A DNA stretch of 64,000 bases from Pseudomonadota bacterium. Lineage in GTDB: Bacteria > Pseudomonadota > Alphaproteobacteria > Micavibrionales > UBA2020. A model generated the notes under the pieces. The model searched no databases, was not told the origin of the DNA, and saw only the letters and a list, made by a program, of their open reading frames with translations. Position numbers and translations under genes: made by a program. Shown one piece after another: positions 29,320 to 40,859 of the stretch (position 1 is the first letter of the stretch; the number at the start of each line of letters is the position of its first letter). The stretch covers positions 92-64,091 of the forward strand of contig JACQAA010000054.1 in assembly GCA_016195185.1 (NCBI GenBank), in the 5' to 3' direction.

Positions 29320-30150
29320 ATGTCAGAATACGCCGAGCTTGAAAATGCCGTCAACAACGTCTGGGAGCAGCGCGGGCAACTTTCCGAGAAAACAAAAATT
29401 CTCGGCAAGAATACCGTCGCTGGGGTGTTGCGGCTGCTGGGTGCCGGAAAACTGCGCATCGCCACCAGAGGCGACACCGGCTGGACCGTGCACGCCTGGC
29501 TAAAAAAAGCCGTGCTGTTGTCATTTCAAACCAATGACAATGTCGTGATGACCGGCGGCCCCGCCGGAACCAGCTGGTACGACAAGGTACCCTCGCGTTT
29601 TCAGGATATGGGAGAAAAAGAATTCAGGGAAGCTGGTTTCCGCGCCGTACCGGGGTGTTTTGTGCGCACCGGCGCTTACATTGCGCCGCAAGTGGTTCTG
29701 ATGCCCTCCTTTATCAATGTGGGTGCCTACGTCGATCAAGGCGCCATGGTGGACACATGGTCCACCATCGGCTCCTGCGCGCAGATCGGGAAGAACTGCC
29801 ATATCTCCGGCGGCGTTGGTATTGGCGGGGTGCTGGAGCCGCTGCAGGACAGCCCCGTCATCATTGAGGATAATTGCTTCATTGGCGCACGCTCTGAAGT
29901 CGCCGAAGGCGTTATTGTCGAAACAGGTTCCGTCCTGTCCATGGGCGTCTATCTTGGCGCCTCCACCAAAATTGTCGACCGCGACAGCGGCGAGATTTTC
30001 ATGGGGCGGGTCCCCGCCTATTCCGTCGTAGTGCCGGGCTCTCTGGCGGGCGCTGACGGAAAACCCGGTCTTTATTGCGCCGTCATCGTCAAACGCGTCG
30101 ATGAAAAAACCCGTGCCAAAACTTCTATCAACGAGTTGCTCCGGCTATGA
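29320..30150 (+). CDS. dapD: 2,3,4,5-tetrahydropyridine-2,6-dicarboxylate N-succinyltransferase
   Basis: The protein is 276 aa with a hexapeptide-repeat C-terminal half ([40 protein letters not shown]). It is adjacent to dapE. Confidence 0.9.
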   Translation: MSEYAELENAVNNVWEQRGQLSEKTKILGKNTVAGVLRLLGAGKLRIATRGDTGWTVHAWLKKAVLLSFQTNDNVVMTGGPAGTSWYDKVPSRFQDMGEKEFREAGFRAVPGCFVRTGAYIAPQVVLMPSFINVGAYVDQGAMVDTWSTIGSCAQIGKNCHISGGVGIGGVLEPLQDSPVIIEDNCFIGARSEVAEGVIVETGSVLSMGVYLGASTKIVDRDSGEIFMGRVPAYSVVVPGSLAGADGKPGLYCAVIVKRVDEKTRAKTSINELLRL

Positions 30151-31280
30151 TTGACCCCATTCGACTATTACAGGAACTGATCCGCTGTAAAAGCGTGACG
30201 CCACAAGAAGGCGGGGCGCTGACGCATCTTGGACAGCTCCTGTCAGCGCACGGATTTGAATGCCACCGCCTGACATTCTCGGCGCCAGATACGCCGGATG
30301 TGGACAACCTGTATGCCCGCTGGGGGAAAGAATCCCCACATATCTGCTTTGCCGGTCACACCGATGTGGTGCCGACGGGAGATATCAGCGCCTGGGCAAG
30401 CGATCCGTTTAATGGGGACATCCGAGATGGCCAGATCTACGGGCGCGGCGCTTGCGACATGAAAGGATCTATTGCCGCCTTTGTCGCAGCGGCGCTCAAC
30501 TTTCTGGACAAAAACCAGCCCACGGGATCCATCAGCTTCCTCCTCACCGGCGATGAAGAAGGCCCCGCCATTAACGGCACACGCAAAGTCCTGGAGTGGA
30601 TGGAAAAGCGCGGCGAGAAAATGAATTTTTGCCTGGTCGGCGAGCCGACGTCACGTGCAACCCTTGGCGATATGATGAAAATCGGACGCCGTGGCACGCT
30701 GACCGGAAGAATAGCCGTCAACGGCGTGCAGGGGCACGTTGCCTATCCACAGCTGGCCGATAACCCCATTCCCAAGCTGCTCACGCTATTAAGGGCGCTG
30801 GATGACCTGGAACTCGATAAAGGCACGGCGCAGTTTCAGCCCTCCAACCTGGAAATCGTCAATATTGATGTGGGTAATACCGCCGATAACATTATCCCGG
30901 CTGCTGCCCACGCCACATTCAACGTGCGTTTCAACGACCAGTACTCCGGCGCCAGTCTGGAAAAAAAGCTGCGCGCGACTCTCGATACCTGCCGTCTTCC
31001 CTACCAGATGAGCATACGGGTCGGCGGCGAAAGCTTTTATACGCCGCCCGGAAAATATTCCACCTTGGTGCAAAACGCAGTACAAAAAATAACCGGGCAA
31101 TCCCCGGAGCTCAGCACCACTGGCGGCACGTCGGATGCGCGATTTATAAAGAACTATTGTCCGGTGATCGAATTTGGCATCGTTGGAAAAACCGCGCATA
31201 AAGTCAATGAGTGCGTTGCCGTAAAGGACGTGACGGCACTCACCGAGATTTATGCGGAAGTTCTTAAATCCCTTTTTTAA
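30147..31280 (+). CDS. dapE: succinyl-diaminopimelate desuccinylase
   Basis: The M20 peptidase motifs GHTDVVP and LTGDEEG are present. An ATGA overlap joins it to dapD. Confidence 0.9.
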   Translation: MIDPIRLLQELIRCKSVTPQEGGALTHLGQLLSAHGFECHRLTFSAPDTPDVDNLYARWGKESPHICFAGHTDVVPTGDISAWASDPFNGDIRDGQIYGRGACDMKGSIAAFVAAALNFLDKNQPTGSISFLLTGDEEGPAINGTRKVLEWMEKRGEKMNFCLVGEPTSRATLGDMMKIGRRGTLTGRIAVNGVQGHVAYPQLADNPIPKLLTLLRALDDLELDKGTAQFQPSNLEIVNIDVGNTADNIIPAAAHATFNVRFNDQYSGASLEKKLRATLDTCRLPYQMSIRVGGESFYTPPGKYSTLVQNAVQKITGQSPELSTTGGTSDARFIKNYCPVIEFGIVGKTAHKVNECVAVKDVTALTEIYAEVLKSLF

Positions 31281-31292
31281 CGGAGCCGTGTC

Positions 31293-31955
31293 ATGCGGGA
31301 AACATGGGCCGCCGTTGACCAATACCTCGTAGATCTATTGGTGCCCCCTGACCCGGTTTTGGATATGGCCCTGCAGGACAGCCATGCTGCGGGTCTGCCC
31401 GCCCACAATGTGTCACCCCCTCAAGGAAAATTTCTGCAGATTCTGGCGAAAATTCAGGGCGCGCGACGTATTCTGGAGATCGGCACTCTCGGCGGCTACA
31501 GCACAATCTGGCTGGCCCGCGCACTCCCCGCCGATGGCCGCCTGATCACCCTTGAAGCGGAAGCGGATCATGCCGACATGGCCCGCGCCAATATCGCCCG
31601 CGCCGGGCTGTCCAGCATCGTTGAGGTGAGGCTCGGCAAGGCAATTGACACATTGCCACAGCTGGCTGCAGAAAATGCCGGACCCTTTGATTTTATATTT
31701 ATTGATGCCGACAAACCAAGCAATCCGGATTACTTTACCTGGGCGCTGCGGCTGTCACGCCCCGGCAGCCTCATCGTGATAGATAATGTCATACGCAATG
31801 GGGAAGTGATTGATGTGACCAGCAGCAGCCCCAGCATTTACGGCATCCGCCGCCTGAATGAGATGCTCGCAGCCGAGCTGCGCGTGAGCGCCACGACTAT
31901 TCAGACCGTCGGCAGCAAGGGATATGACGGCTTCACCATCGCCCGGGTACGCTAA
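31293..31955 (+). CDS. class I SAM-dependent O-methyltransferase (family 3, caffeoyl-CoA OMT-like)
   Basis: ILEIGTLGGYSTIWLA is the SAM-binding motif, and FDFIFIDADK is also present. Confidence 0.75.
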   Translation: MRETWAAVDQYLVDLLVPPDPVLDMALQDSHAAGLPAHNVSPPQGKFLQILAKIQGARRILEIGTLGGYSTIWLARALPADGRLITLEAEADHADMARANIARAGLSSIVEVRLGKAIDTLPQLAAENAGPFDFIFIDADKPSNPDYFTWALRLSRPGSLIVIDNVIRNGEVIDVTSSSPSIYGIRRLNEMLAAELRVSATTIQTVGSKGYDGFTIARVR

Positions 31956-31960
31956 CAACA

Positions 31961-33469
31961 CTACCCCTCCACCACAGCCTCTTTTCCCATCAGTTTCGCC
32001 AATGCCTGCAGTGCCTCCCGGATTACCTCTGCATTAAGGGCGGACGCTTTATCATTCAGCTTTAGATACAACTGTTTCGGTGTTGCCCTCAATTCCGTAT
32101 GCTGTAGCAGCCCCAACGCACCACCGGTCAGCAGATACCCGATACGCTGCGCCAGACCTGCGATCATGGCCAGATCAACCCAATCTCCATCCAGCAGCTT
32201 CTGTGCCGGTCGGGTCACCTCGGTTGGTTCCTGAGCCCGGCTCCCGCGGCGAAGATAGCCCCGATAACGGACAAACTGGGACACCGCTAGAAACGCGCGA
32301 TCGGCATGGTCGATGCCGTAAAAAGGCATCACCAGAATGCGCTCGAAAGCGTGATCCGCCTGATAATCTTCGCTCTCAAACCAGCTGGTATCGCTTAAAA
32401 GACAGCTGGCTTCCAGCAGCCGTTTAAACCCGGCGTCTTTCTTCTCAAACAGAGGCTGCGTCCAGGTGAACAGGTCCTTAAATCCCCGCAAGTCATCGAA
32501 ACGGCTGATTTTCAGGGCAATTTTTGTGCAACTGGCAATCAGCGCGTCTTGCCGCTGCGTGGCGGGTTTCAACTGGTCGAACAACAGGCCCTCGCGCAAT
32601 CCCGTACCGGAAAAAATCAGTTGCCGCGGACGGATTTTTTCAAAAAGGCATTCCATCGCCAGCGCCGCCACCCCCATGTCCTTGACGCGCTTCTTGGACA
32701 AGCCGACGATTTTTTCCAGCGACGCCATGCTCTGCCGAGAAATAAGAGCGGCAAACTCCGAGGCTTTCCTGCCGTCGATCTGGTAATGATCAAGCAGTTT
32801 GAGGGGATGCTTCGTCATGTAAATATGCGCCATCGCCATGGAACGCCACGCGCCGCCCATGGCATAGAAGTCCGCGCCACTGTAGTCCTTGAGAAAATCA
32901 ACATCGGTCAGGTGCGCGTCAATTTTTTTTATCCGTGCGCTGCGGCCTGCCTCCGCCAGCAGGCGGTGGGAGCCGAGCGGCAAGCTGGCTTTATGTTTCA
33001 CTTTATGATTTTCAACCACGATCAGCTCCAGCGAGCCGCCGCCATAATCGCCGATCACACCATTGCCGCCTAAACCGTTCGCAATCACCCCCTGCGCGGC
33101 CAGCCGCGCTTCCTCGTCTCCGTCGATAACCCTGATCTCCAGGCCGAACTCCTCTTGCACCCGATCAATAAAATCCCGCCCGTCTTTGGCATCGCGCATC
33201 GCTGCAGTCGCCACCGCCCGCACATTTTTGATCTTCATCGCCGTCAGCAGGCCGGAAAAACGGCTGATGGCATCGAACGCCTTTTTCACCGAATCCGGGT
33301 TTAAACGTCCGGTCATGGCCAGATCCGCGCCCAGATTGCACACAACTCTTTCGCTGTGAATTTTGAAAGGGGCGCGGTTCAACCCATCATAGACCACCAG
33401 CCGTACCGCATTGGAGCCAATATCAATGATAGCTACATAGTTTTTTGTATCCAGCCGCTGATCGGACAT
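31961..33469 (-). CDS. ppx: exopolyphosphatase / guanosine pentaphosphate phosphohydrolase (Ppx/GppA family)
   Basis: The N-terminal motif is AIIDIGSNAVRLVVY and DYGGGSLE follows. The length is 502 aa. Confidence 0.85.
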   Translation of the reverse strand: MSDQRLDTKNYVAIIDIGSNAVRLVVYDGLNRAPFKIHSERVVCNLGADLAMTGRLNPDSVKKAFDAISRFSGLLTAMKIKNVRAVATAAMRDAKDGRDFIDRVQEEFGLEIRVIDGDEEARLAAQGVIANGLGGNGVIGDYGGGSLELIVVENHKVKHKASLPLGSHRLLAEAGRSARIKKIDAHLTDVDFLKDYSGADFYAMGGAWRSMAMAHIYMTKHPLKLLDHYQIDGRKASEFAALISRQSMASLEKIVGLSKKRVKDMGVAALAMECLFEKIRPRQLIFSGTGLREGLLFDQLKPATQRQDALIASCTKIALKISRFDDLRGFKDLFTWTQPLFEKKDAGFKRLLEASCLLSDTSWFESEDYQADHAFERILVMPFYGIDHADRAFLAVSQFVRYRGYLRRGSRAQEPTEVTRPAQKLLDGDWVDLAMIAGLAQRIGYLLTGGALGLLQHTELRATPKQLYLKLNDKASALNAEVIREALQALAKLMGKEAVVEG

Positions 33470-33511
33470 GACAACCCCGCTCGGTTCTTTTATAGTCTAA
33501 ACAAGGTCAGA

Positions 33512-34015
33512 ATGAAAACACTTTATTTGTTACGACATGCTCACAGCCTGCCCGCCGCCCCGCGCCTGATGGGTGACTACGAGCGGATTTTATCCCCGCA
33601 GGGCATCGAGGAATCCCGGCTGATCGGGAGGTTCATGCAAGAACGCGGGATATGCCCGGAGTTTGTTCTCAGCTCCTCCTCCGTCCGCACCATTCAGACA
33701 GCTCAGTTTATTTTTGGCACCCTGTTCAGCAAAGTCGGGCTCAAGGTCTCCAGCCATTTTGACCGACATCTCTATCAGGCCTCGGCGCAGACCCTTCTCT
33801 CCGAGATTAAAAAAACAGACTCCACTATAAACCACTTACTTGTCGTGGCGCATAATCCCGGCGTGGCCGATCTGGCCATGACTCTGGGGGACGTACAGGA
33901 TTACGCGCCGGCCACCCTGACCATTTTCAAGGCGGAATGCCAGAACTGGTCTGAATTTTCACCAGATGATGTCCAGTTAGAGCAAGTTTTTTCACCCGCT
34001 GCCGGTGCCTTCTAG
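33512..34015 (+). CDS. sixA: SixA-like phosphohistidine phosphatase
   Basis: The protein opens MKTLYLLRHAHS (RHA motif) and has VVAHNP later. The start lies inside ORF 33356..34015. Confidence 0.7.
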   Translation: MKTLYLLRHAHSLPAAPRLMGDYERILSPQGIEESRLIGRFMQERGICPEFVLSSSSVRTIQTAQFIFGTLFSKVGLKVSSHFDRHLYQASAQTLLSEIKKTDSTINHLLVVAHNPGVADLAMTLGDVQDYAPATLTIFKAECQNWSEFSPDDVQLEQVFSPAAGAF

Positions 34016-36042
34016 AAGAAGCTCTGCGGATCAATATCCACCTTGACTTGGATGGTGCTGGGCGCCTTCAGAAGCGCCAGCCACTCATCTAAAAATTTCT
34101 GGATGGCAATTGACCTGTCTGCTTTGACCAAAAAACGGCGGCGGTGCTTGCCGCGCAAGAATCCAAGCGGCGCCGGCGCCGGGCCAAGAATACGGATATC
34201 GTCAAAACGCGGCGCTCTCTGCGCCAGGGCGCGGCAGAACTGATCCAGTTTCAGCTCATCGGCACCAGACAGAATGATCGCGGCAAGCCGGCCATAGGGC
34301 GGCATGGCCGCCTTTTCGCGCAAGTTCGCCTCGACGTCCAGGAAACGGTCACGGTCATTGGCGGCGAGGGCGCGAATGACGTTTTGCTCCGGCATAAAGG
34401 TCTGGATATAGACCCGCCCCGGTTTGGCCCCCCGCCCCGCGCGGCCGGACACCTGATGCAGGAGCTGAAAGGTGCGCTCGCCGGCCCGCAAATCACCGCC
34501 TGCCATCCCGAGATCCGCATCGACGACGCCGACGCAAGTCAGGTCTGGAAAATGATGCCCCTTGGCAATGATCTGCGTGCCGATGATCACATCGACTTCA
34601 TGGTCTTCAATCTGGCGCACCGCTTCGTTGATCATTTTCGGGCTGGTCACCACATCACTCGCCAGGATAAGCGTGCGGGCCTCCGGCAAAAGACTGGTGA
34701 CTTCTTCCTGAATACGCTCAACGCCGGGCCCACAAGCAGCCAGACTGTCCTCCGCACTGCATTCCGGGCATTGCCGGGGCAGTTGCTGGCTATAACCGCA
34801 ATGATGACACTGCATCCGCGCCTGTTTGCGGTGATCCACCAGCCAGGCAGCACAGGACGGACACTGAAAGCGATACCCGCAGTGACGGCATAGGGTCAAC
34901 GGTGCATAACCCCGACGGTTTAAAAACAATAACGATTGTTCCTGAGCGGCAAATGTCTCCTGCAGGGCCCGCTGCAACAGCGGCGACATGAATTTTCCAC
35001 GCCCCGGCGGCGCCTTGCGCAAATCAATGATCTGCACCTCAGGCATTTTCGCCCCCGCGTGGCGCGACGATAATAAGAGATAATGATATTTTCCCTGCTT
35101 AACATTGATCATGGTCTCCAGCGACGGGGTGGCCGATACCAGCACAATGGGAATATTGCCCAGATGCGCCCGCACAATCGCCATGTCCCGCGCGTGATAG
35201 AGAACACCCTCTTCCTGCTTGTAAGACGCCTCGTGTTCCTCATCGACCACCACCAGCCCCAGATTGGCATAGGGCAAAAACAGCGCCGAACGCGCACCGA
35301 CAACCACCCGCGTTACGCCGGATGTTACCCCCGCCCAGACCGTGCGCCGTTGCGCCGGCGATACTTCCGAATGCCACAGCGCCGGCAGGACGCCAAAGCG
35401 CCGCTCGAAACGCTCCAGAAATTGCGCGGAGAGGGAAATTTCCGGCAGCAAAATCAACACCTGCCGTCCTTGCCGCAGAGCCTCAGCGACGGCCTCAAAA
35501 TATACTTCGGTTTTACCGGACCCCGTCACGCCATCCAGCAAGACCGCGCTATAGCCGCGAGCCGCCACCAATTTTGTTAAAGAGGCGGCGGCCTGCTGCT
35601 GGGAGTCAGAGAACACCAGGCTATTGCTGGGTACGGCGTCAATCTGGCAGGGCGGCGTGATGAGCCGCGCTCGCTTGGGCGGAGCCAAAGCCCCGGGAGC
35701 ACTGAGACTCATCTTTAGAACAGATCCCGGATCCGCCATCGTATAGCGCGCCACCCATTCGATAAATTTCCGCTGCACTTCTGTCATCGGCGCGGCGGCG
35801 TATTTTTTTAAAACAAATTTTACTCTGGAAGGGTCGAGATCCGCATCACCCGCCAGCGACCAGACCACGCCCACTGTTTCCTTTTTGCCCAGCGGCACCC
35901 TTACATAATCCCCCAAGGACACATTCATTCCATCGGGCACCCGATAGTCATAGGCACGCGCCAAAGGATAGGGCACCAGCACTTGCGCCCGTGGTGCAGA
36001 ATCGTGCAGGAGAGAGCTTTGTTTTAAGCTGGATTGAGGCAT
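34012..36042 (-). CDS. priA: primosomal protein N' (replication restart helicase PriA)
   Basis: Motifs seen are Walker [18 protein letters not shown] and the zinc-binding [24 protein letters not shown] place the start at the ATG at 36042 (MPQSSLKQ), inside the longer ORF. Confidence 0.9.
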   Translation of the reverse strand: MPQSSLKQSSLLHDSAPRAQVLVPYPLARAYDYRVPDGMNVSLGDYVRVPLGKKETVGVVWSLAGDADLDPSRVKFVLKKYAAAPMTEVQRKFIEWVARYTMADPGSVLKMSLSAPGALAPPKRARLITPPCQIDAVPSNSLVFSDSQQQAAASLTKLVAARGYSAVLLDGVTGSGKTEVYFEAVAEALRQGRQVLILLPEISLSAQFLERFERRFGVLPALWHSEVSPAQRRTVWAGVTSGVTRVVVGARSALFLPYANLGLVVVDEEHEASYKQEEGVLYHARDMAIVRAHLGNIPIVLVSATPSLETMINVKQGKYHYLLLSSRHAGAKMPEVQIIDLRKAPPGRGKFMSPLLQRALQETFAAQEQSLLFLNRRGYAPLTLCRHCGYRFQCPSCAAWLVDHRKQARMQCHHCGYSQQLPRQCPECSAEDSLAACGPGVERIQEEVTSLLPEARTLILASDVVTSPKMINEAVRQIEDHEVDVIIGTQIIAKGHHFPDLTCVGVVDADLGMAGGDLRAGERTFQLLHQVSGRAGRGAKPGRVYIQTFMPEQNVIRALAANDRDRFLDVEANLREKAAMPPYGRLAAIILSGADELKLDQFCRALAQRAPRFDDIRILGPAPAPLGFLRGKHRRRFLVKADRSIAIQKFLDEWLALLKAPSTIQVKVDIDPQSFF

Positions 36043-36088
36043 GTCAATTGAGTACACTAATACTGGATTTAAAGAAAGGGAGACCACC

Positions 36089-36757
36089 ATGAAATTCTTT
36101 GTCGACACGGCTGATCTATCAGAAATCAAAGACTTAGCCTCGACCGGCCTGCTCGATGGCGTAACAACCAATCCGTCACTGGTGGCGCAGGCGGGGGCGA
36201 AGAGCTTTATCACCCTCATCGAGAATATCTGCAAGGTCGTCAAAGGCCCGGTCAGCGCCGAAGTGGCAGCGACCGACTACCCAACCATGCTCAAAGAAGG
36301 CCAGCGCCTGGCTAAAATTGCCAAAAATGTTGCCGTGAAAGTTCCCCTCACGCCCGATGGCCTCAAAGTGTGCCGGCACTTAAGCGACAACGGCACCATG
36401 GTCAATGTGACCCTTTGCTTCTCGGCATCGCAAGCGATCCTTGCCGCCAAGGCGGGGGCCGCGTTTATTTCCCCCTTTGTCGGTCGGCTTGACGATATTT
36501 CGATGGACGGCATACAGCTGATCCGCGATATCGTGCAAATTTACCGGCAATATCCGTCTTTCAAAACTGAAGTGCTGGTCGCTTCAGTCCGCCACCCCCT
36601 TCATCTGGTCGAGGCCGCCAAGATTGGCGCCCATGTAGCGACGATTCCGCCAAAAGTCATCCGCCAGCTCTATGCGCATCCGCTGACCGACAAGGGTCTT
36701 GCCGCCTTCGTGGATGACTGGAAAAAAACCGGACAGACTATTCTGGATGCCGCGTAA
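36089..36757 (+). CDS. tal: transaldolase, type 3B / fructose-6-phosphate aldolase family
   Basis: [20 protein letters not shown] and VAVKVPLT are present. The length is about 222 aa. Confidence 0.9.
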   Translation: MKFFVDTADLSEIKDLASTGLLDGVTTNPSLVAQAGAKSFITLIENICKVVKGPVSAEVAATDYPTMLKEGQRLAKIAKNVAVKVPLTPDGLKVCRHLSDNGTMVNVTLCFSASQAILAAKAGAAFISPFVGRLDDISMDGIQLIRDIVQIYRQYPSFKTEVLVASVRHPLHLVEAAKIGAHVATIPPKVIRQLYAHPLTDKGLAAFVDDWKKTGQTILDAA

Positions 36758-36758
36758 T

Positions 36759-37460
36759 ATGAAAGAAGCTGCTGCCATGGCAAAAAATCTGGATGATGCC
36801 GACATCATCGCTTACTTAAAGGCGAATCCGGAGTTTCTGGGCGCGCATCCCGAGATTCTTGAACATCTCCAGGTGCCCGGCCGGCAACAAGGCAAGGGCG
36901 TGGTCGATTTTCAGCAGGTATTGCTGGAAAAGCTGAGGGCGGATAAATCACACTCCCAGCGCGCGCAGAGAGAGCTGATCGAGAATGTCCGCGCCAACAT
37001 GAATAACCACAACCGCATCCAGACCGCGGTGCTGATGCTGCTGGAGGCGGAAAGCTTTGAGGAATTTATTGAAACCATCACCCAGGATTTCCCGACACTG
37101 CTGGATGTCGATACCGTCAACCTGATCATTGAATCCACTTCCAAAGAAATCCCTTTCGTCAACCAGTCCGGCATCCGGTTTGCCAGACAGGGCACGGTAA
37201 AAAAATGGCTCGGCCCCGGCGATGCCCTGTTGCAGGACAACATCAGCGGCCATGAAGAAATTTTCGGCCCCGGCGCCGGTCTGGTCAAAAGCCACGCCCT
37301 GGTGCGCCTTGAAATCAGCCAGAACACGCCGGCGGGCATCATCGCTTTTGGCTCGCGCGATCCGGAGGCCTTCCATCCTCATCACGCGGTGGATCAGGTG
37401 GGATTTCTGGCGCAAGTGGTTGAACGTTGTTTCCGCATATGGCTGGACGTTCAGATCTGA
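36759..37460 (+). CDS. DUF484-family protein
   Basis: The N-terminus reads IIAYLKANPEFL..HPEIL, and the gene sits directly upstream of xerC. That is the conserved arrangement for DUF484 (yigA-like) genes. Confidence 0.65.
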   Translation: MKEAAAMAKNLDDADIIAYLKANPEFLGAHPEILEHLQVPGRQQGKGVVDFQQVLLEKLRADKSHSQRAQRELIENVRANMNNHNRIQTAVLMLLEAESFEEFIETITQDFPTLLDVDTVNLIIESTSKEIPFVNQSGIRFARQGTVKKWLGPGDALLQDNISGHEEIFGPGAGLVKSHALVRLEISQNTPAGIIAFGSRDPEAFHPHHAVDQVGFLAQVVERCFRIWLDVQI

Positions 37461-38401
37461 TCAGCAGCGATCCTTCTGCCGCCGCAGATCTGGCGGAACG
37501 TTTTGGCGACTGGATTCATTTTCTTCAGAATGAAAAACATTTTTCGCGCCATACCCTCCGCGCCTATAGCAAAGATTTGTTGTATTTCTTTGCATTCCTG
37601 ACTCAACATATCGGCCGCCCCCCCTCTTTAAACGACCTCGGCGGCACGACGCTGCAGGATTTTAGAAGCTGGCTGAGCAAACAGGTGATCGTTGGAAATG
37701 GCAATGCCACCCGCGCCCGTCACCTGTCAAGCCTGCGCAGCTTCCTGAAGTGGCTCGATAAGCAGGGCATCCTGCACAACCCCGCCATCCAGAGTATCCG
37801 GACACCCAAACAACCCAAGAAACTGCCCCGCGCCCTGCCGGTGCACCAGGCAAAAATGATCACCGGTGATATAGAAGGCATCAGTCGACAGGAGAAGTGG
37901 ATTGCCAGCCGCGACCGCGCCCTGTTCACGCTGCTCTATGGCTGCGGCCTGCGCATTGATGAAGCATTACAGCTCAACTACGGCGCCCGTCCGCACAACG
38001 GAGAACTGCGAGTCATGGGCAAGGGCCGCAAGGAGCGCCTGGTTCCGGTTCTCGATGTCGTCAAGCAAATGATCGACGCGTATATTGCCGAAAGCCCGTT
38101 TCCGTTCGAAAAAGACACGCCGCTCTTTCTGGGCAGCCGCGGGGGGCGCCTTCATCAGGGCGTGGCGCAACGGCAATTACGCATCCTGCGCAAAAAGCTC
38201 GGTCTGCCGGAAATCCTGACGCCGCACGCACTGCGCCATAGCTTTGCCACACATATTCTTGTGAATGGCGCCAACCTGCGGGAAATCCAGGAACTGCTGG
38301 GCCACGCCTCGATCAGCACGACACAGCGTTATACGGATTTTGATGACGCACAACTCATGGCAGTCTACAAGAAATCTCATCCCCGCGCGCGCAACCCCTA
38401 A
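37439..38401 (+). CDS. xerC: tyrosine recombinase XerC
   Basis: HTLRAYSKDL is in the N-domain. The catalytic region reads HALRHSFATHIL...LGHASISTTQRYT. Confidence 0.85.
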   Translation: MAGRSDLISSDPSAAADLAERFGDWIHFLQNEKHFSRHTLRAYSKDLLYFFAFLTQHIGRPPSLNDLGGTTLQDFRSWLSKQVIVGNGNATRARHLSSLRSFLKWLDKQGILHNPAIQSIRTPKQPKKLPRALPVHQAKMITGDIEGISRQEKWIASRDRALFTLLYGCGLRIDEALQLNYGARPHNGELRVMGKGRKERLVPVLDVVKQMIDAYIAESPFPFEKDTPLFLGSRGGRLHQGVAQRQLRILRKKLGLPEILTPHALRHSFATHILVNGANLREIQELLGHASISTTQRYTDFDDAQLMAVYKKSHPRARNP

Positions 38402-38486
38402 CTGCTGGTTTTCTATACAACCTATAGAAGAAAATTTATTTGTATACAACTATAAATTGTAGTATCTTTTAAGAAAGGATACTGCG

Positions 38487-38933
38487 ATGACTAGAATATA
38501 CACAACTATTGTACTGTTATTGCTGTGTTTTTCAGCAGCCGAGGCTTCCCCTCGACAAGAGGTGATTCGAGGCCCCGTGCCAGCGACGGTCTTACGCGTG
38601 ATCGATGGCGACACCGTCGCCGTCAAGGCGCATGTCTGGATCGGCGAGGAAGTGGAGACCAGCATCCGCATTGACGGCATTGACGCTCCGGAAATAAAGG
38701 GAAAATGCACACAGGAACGTGTGGCAGCGGAAACGGCGCGGCAGGAAGTCATTCGCCTTCTCAGCAACGGCAACGTGCGCATCTACAATATCCGCCTGGA
38801 AAAATATGCCGGCCGCGTGCTGGCGCAAATACGGACGGCCGATGGTATCAATATCGGCGAACATATGCTCGAGAAAGGCCTGGCACGTCCCTATCACGGC
38901 GAAAAACGCCAGTCGTGGTGCCATGCCGGATAG
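38487..38933 (+). CDS. secreted thermonuclease (staphylococcal nuclease-like)
   Basis: A signal peptide is followed by VIDGDTV, IRIDGIDAPE and YAGRVLA, which are SNase-fold motifs. Confidence 0.75.
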   Translation: MTRIYTTIVLLLLCFSAAEASPRQEVIRGPVPATVLRVIDGDTVAVKAHVWIGEEVETSIRIDGIDAPEIKGKCTQERVAAETARQEVIRLLSNGNVRIYNIRLEKYAGRVLAQIRTADGINIGEHMLEKGLARPYHGEKRQSWCHAG

Positions 38934-38944
38934 GCAACCACCTC

Positions 38945-39739
38945 TCATTTGAAATCGAGAATGACCGGTGCATGGTCGCTGGGCCGTTGCCAGCCGCGCA
39001 CTGCGCGTAGAATCTGCTGATTTTTCAAAGCGGGTTTTAAATCCTTCGTCACCCAGATATGATCGAGACGCCGGCCTTTGTCGGCGCCATTCCAGTCCTC
39101 GGCACGATAACTCCACCACGAATAAAGCTTTTCTTCTTCCGGCACAAAATGACGAATACCATCCACCCAGCCCACGGATCGATAAAATTTCGTGAATTTT
39201 TCAACTTCAATTGGTGTATGTGACACAACGTTCAGCATCTTCTTGTGATCCCAGACATCATTATCAAGCGGCGCGATATTGAGGTCTCCCACGACCACCA
39301 TCGAGCTCTTCGCTGACCTTTCCTGTGTAAACCAGCGCGTCAGCTCGTCGACAAAATCGAGTTTGTGTCGGAATTTATCACTGTTCAGGTCTGGCTCATA
39401 GCCGCCGGCGGGGATATAGATATTGTGCAGCTCGAATGTCTTGTCTTTTGTCGCAACCTTGACTGAAATATGCCGGCAGTCGTTCTTGCCGCAGCGCCTG
39501 TAAATCTGCGGATCGGACAGCGGCAGCTTTGAAAAAACCGCCACGCCGTTATATCCCTTCATCCCGGTGAAATGATGGTGTTTATATCCCGCGGCCACCA
39601 GCGCCTCCACCGGAAAAAACTCGTCGGGAGTCTTGGTTTCCTGAAGACAAAAAACATCGGGTTTCTGCGCCTCGAGCAGCTGGGTGAGCAGGTCGAGCCG
39701 AAGCCGGACAGAGTTGATATTCCAGGTCAGCAGGCGCAT
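38945..39739 (-). CDS. xthA: exodeoxyribonuclease III
   Basis: The protein opens MRLLTWNINSVRLR. CLQETK and a C-terminal SDHAPV follow. The start lies inside ORF 38945..39772. Confidence 0.9.
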   Translation of the reverse strand: MRLLTWNINSVRLRLDLLTQLLEAQKPDVFCLQETKTPDEFFPVEALVAAGYKHHHFTGMKGYNGVAVFSKLPLSDPQIYRRCGKNDCRHISVKVATKDKTFELHNIYIPAGGYEPDLNSDKFRHKLDFVDELTRWFTQERSAKSSMVVVGDLNIAPLDNDVWDHKKMLNVVSHTPIEVEKFTKFYRSVGWVDGIRHFVPEEEKLYSWWSYRAEDWNGADKGRRLDHIWVTKDLKPALKNQQILRAVRGWQRPSDHAPVILDFK

Positions 39740-39802
39740 GAGAGGCCATAAAGTCCAGCCGAAGCCAGACACAAGTGACGTTCCAGGTAAAAAGCCGCGG
39801 TG

Positions 39803-40420
39803 TTACGGTGCCGGCGGCTTAGGACCTTTTTTTGCGGCAGGGCCATTCTTGGCAGCTGCATCGAGCGCTTCCAGCGCGGCACGGGATTTGACCAGTGCCT
39901 CTTCAAAAATGGGGTCCAGACCAGAGTTTTGTCCTTTAACGGTGGCAAAATTCGTCTCCAGTCCTTTCAGGATATTCCAGCGCACCTGATGGTGCTTGTC
40001 GATCTTGGCGCGGCCGATGAGTTGATCATTCATGGTGGACAGACCCTCGACCAGAAAGAGGCGCGTCGCGTCGCGCGGCATATCCTGATCAAATTTCACG
40101 GCATCCATTCCCGCCATATACTTCATCAATTCTACGGCCCGGTCACCGAAAGTGTCACGCGCCTGCTGATCCAGTGCCGGCTCCAGCAAAAGACCTTTCG
40201 CCGGGCCCAGCAACGCCAGCGTCACCGACTCCTCAGACCAGTCGGCGCACTTGTCCATGATCAGTTTGGCCGCTGCGATCGGCTGATGTTCCATGAAGCT
40301 GGCAATGCGCTCAGGACCAAACATGCCCATGTTCTGGTTCAGCCACTCATTGCAGGTGCCGGCAGCGGCCTTCCATTTGTCATTGTCGGGAAGTCCGGAT
40401 GTTGAATAATCGAAAGGCAT
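39803..40420 (-). CDS. hypothetical protein with a Lys/Pro-rich C-terminal tail
   Basis: The ORF is 205 aa and I recognise no family. It ends AAKNGPAAKKGPKPPAP. Confidence 0.45.
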   Translation of the reverse strand: MPFDYSTSGLPDNDKWKAAAGTCNEWLNQNMGMFGPERIASFMEHQPIAAAKLIMDKCADWSEESVTLALLGPAKGLLLEPALDQQARDTFGDRAVELMKYMAGMDAVKFDQDMPRDATRLFLVEGLSTMNDQLIGRAKIDKHHQVRWNILKGLETNFATVKGQNSGLDPIFEEALVKSRAALEALDAAAKNGPAAKKGPKPPAP

Positions 40421-40452
40421 GTCTGTCTCCTATGGTCGTTAAGGGTTAAAAA

Positions 40453-40788
40453 TTAAAACGGCAGATCAAGACCGGCGGGCAGCCCGAGATCGGTCATGAT
40501 CTTCTTGGTTTCATCGCCCATCAATTGTTCCGCCTTGCGGCGCGCATCATTGACGGCGGCGACGATCATGTCTTCCATCACCTGTGCTTCTTGCGGTTTG
40601 ATCAGGGCGGGGTCGATTTTTATCGTCTTCAACTCGAAGCACCCGCTAATGCGGCACGTCACCATCCCGGTACCCGCTTCACCCGTCACTTCCAGCTGGC
40701 CTGCCCGCGTCTGCATCTCGCGCATCTTCTGTTTCATCTGTGACGCTTTTTGCATCATCTGGACGATATTGGTCACGGCTGACTCCAA
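40453..40788 (-). CDS. ybaB: nucleoid-associated protein YbaB/EbfC
   Basis: The protein is 111 aa with MQKASQMKQKMREMQ...VTGEAG.GMV. It sits immediately downstream of dnaX. Confidence 0.85.
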   Translation of the reverse strand: MESAVTNIVQMMQKASQMKQKMREMQTRAGQLEVTGEAGTGMVTCRISGCFELKTIKIDPALIKPQEAQVMEDMIVAAVNDARRKAEQLMGDETKKIMTDLGLPAGLDLPF

Positions 40789-40859
40789 AAATTTCCTTAA
40801 TATTAAAGTGTAAAAAAACTATACCCTATGACAAGACAGAGTCAAGGGGTCAGAAATCC

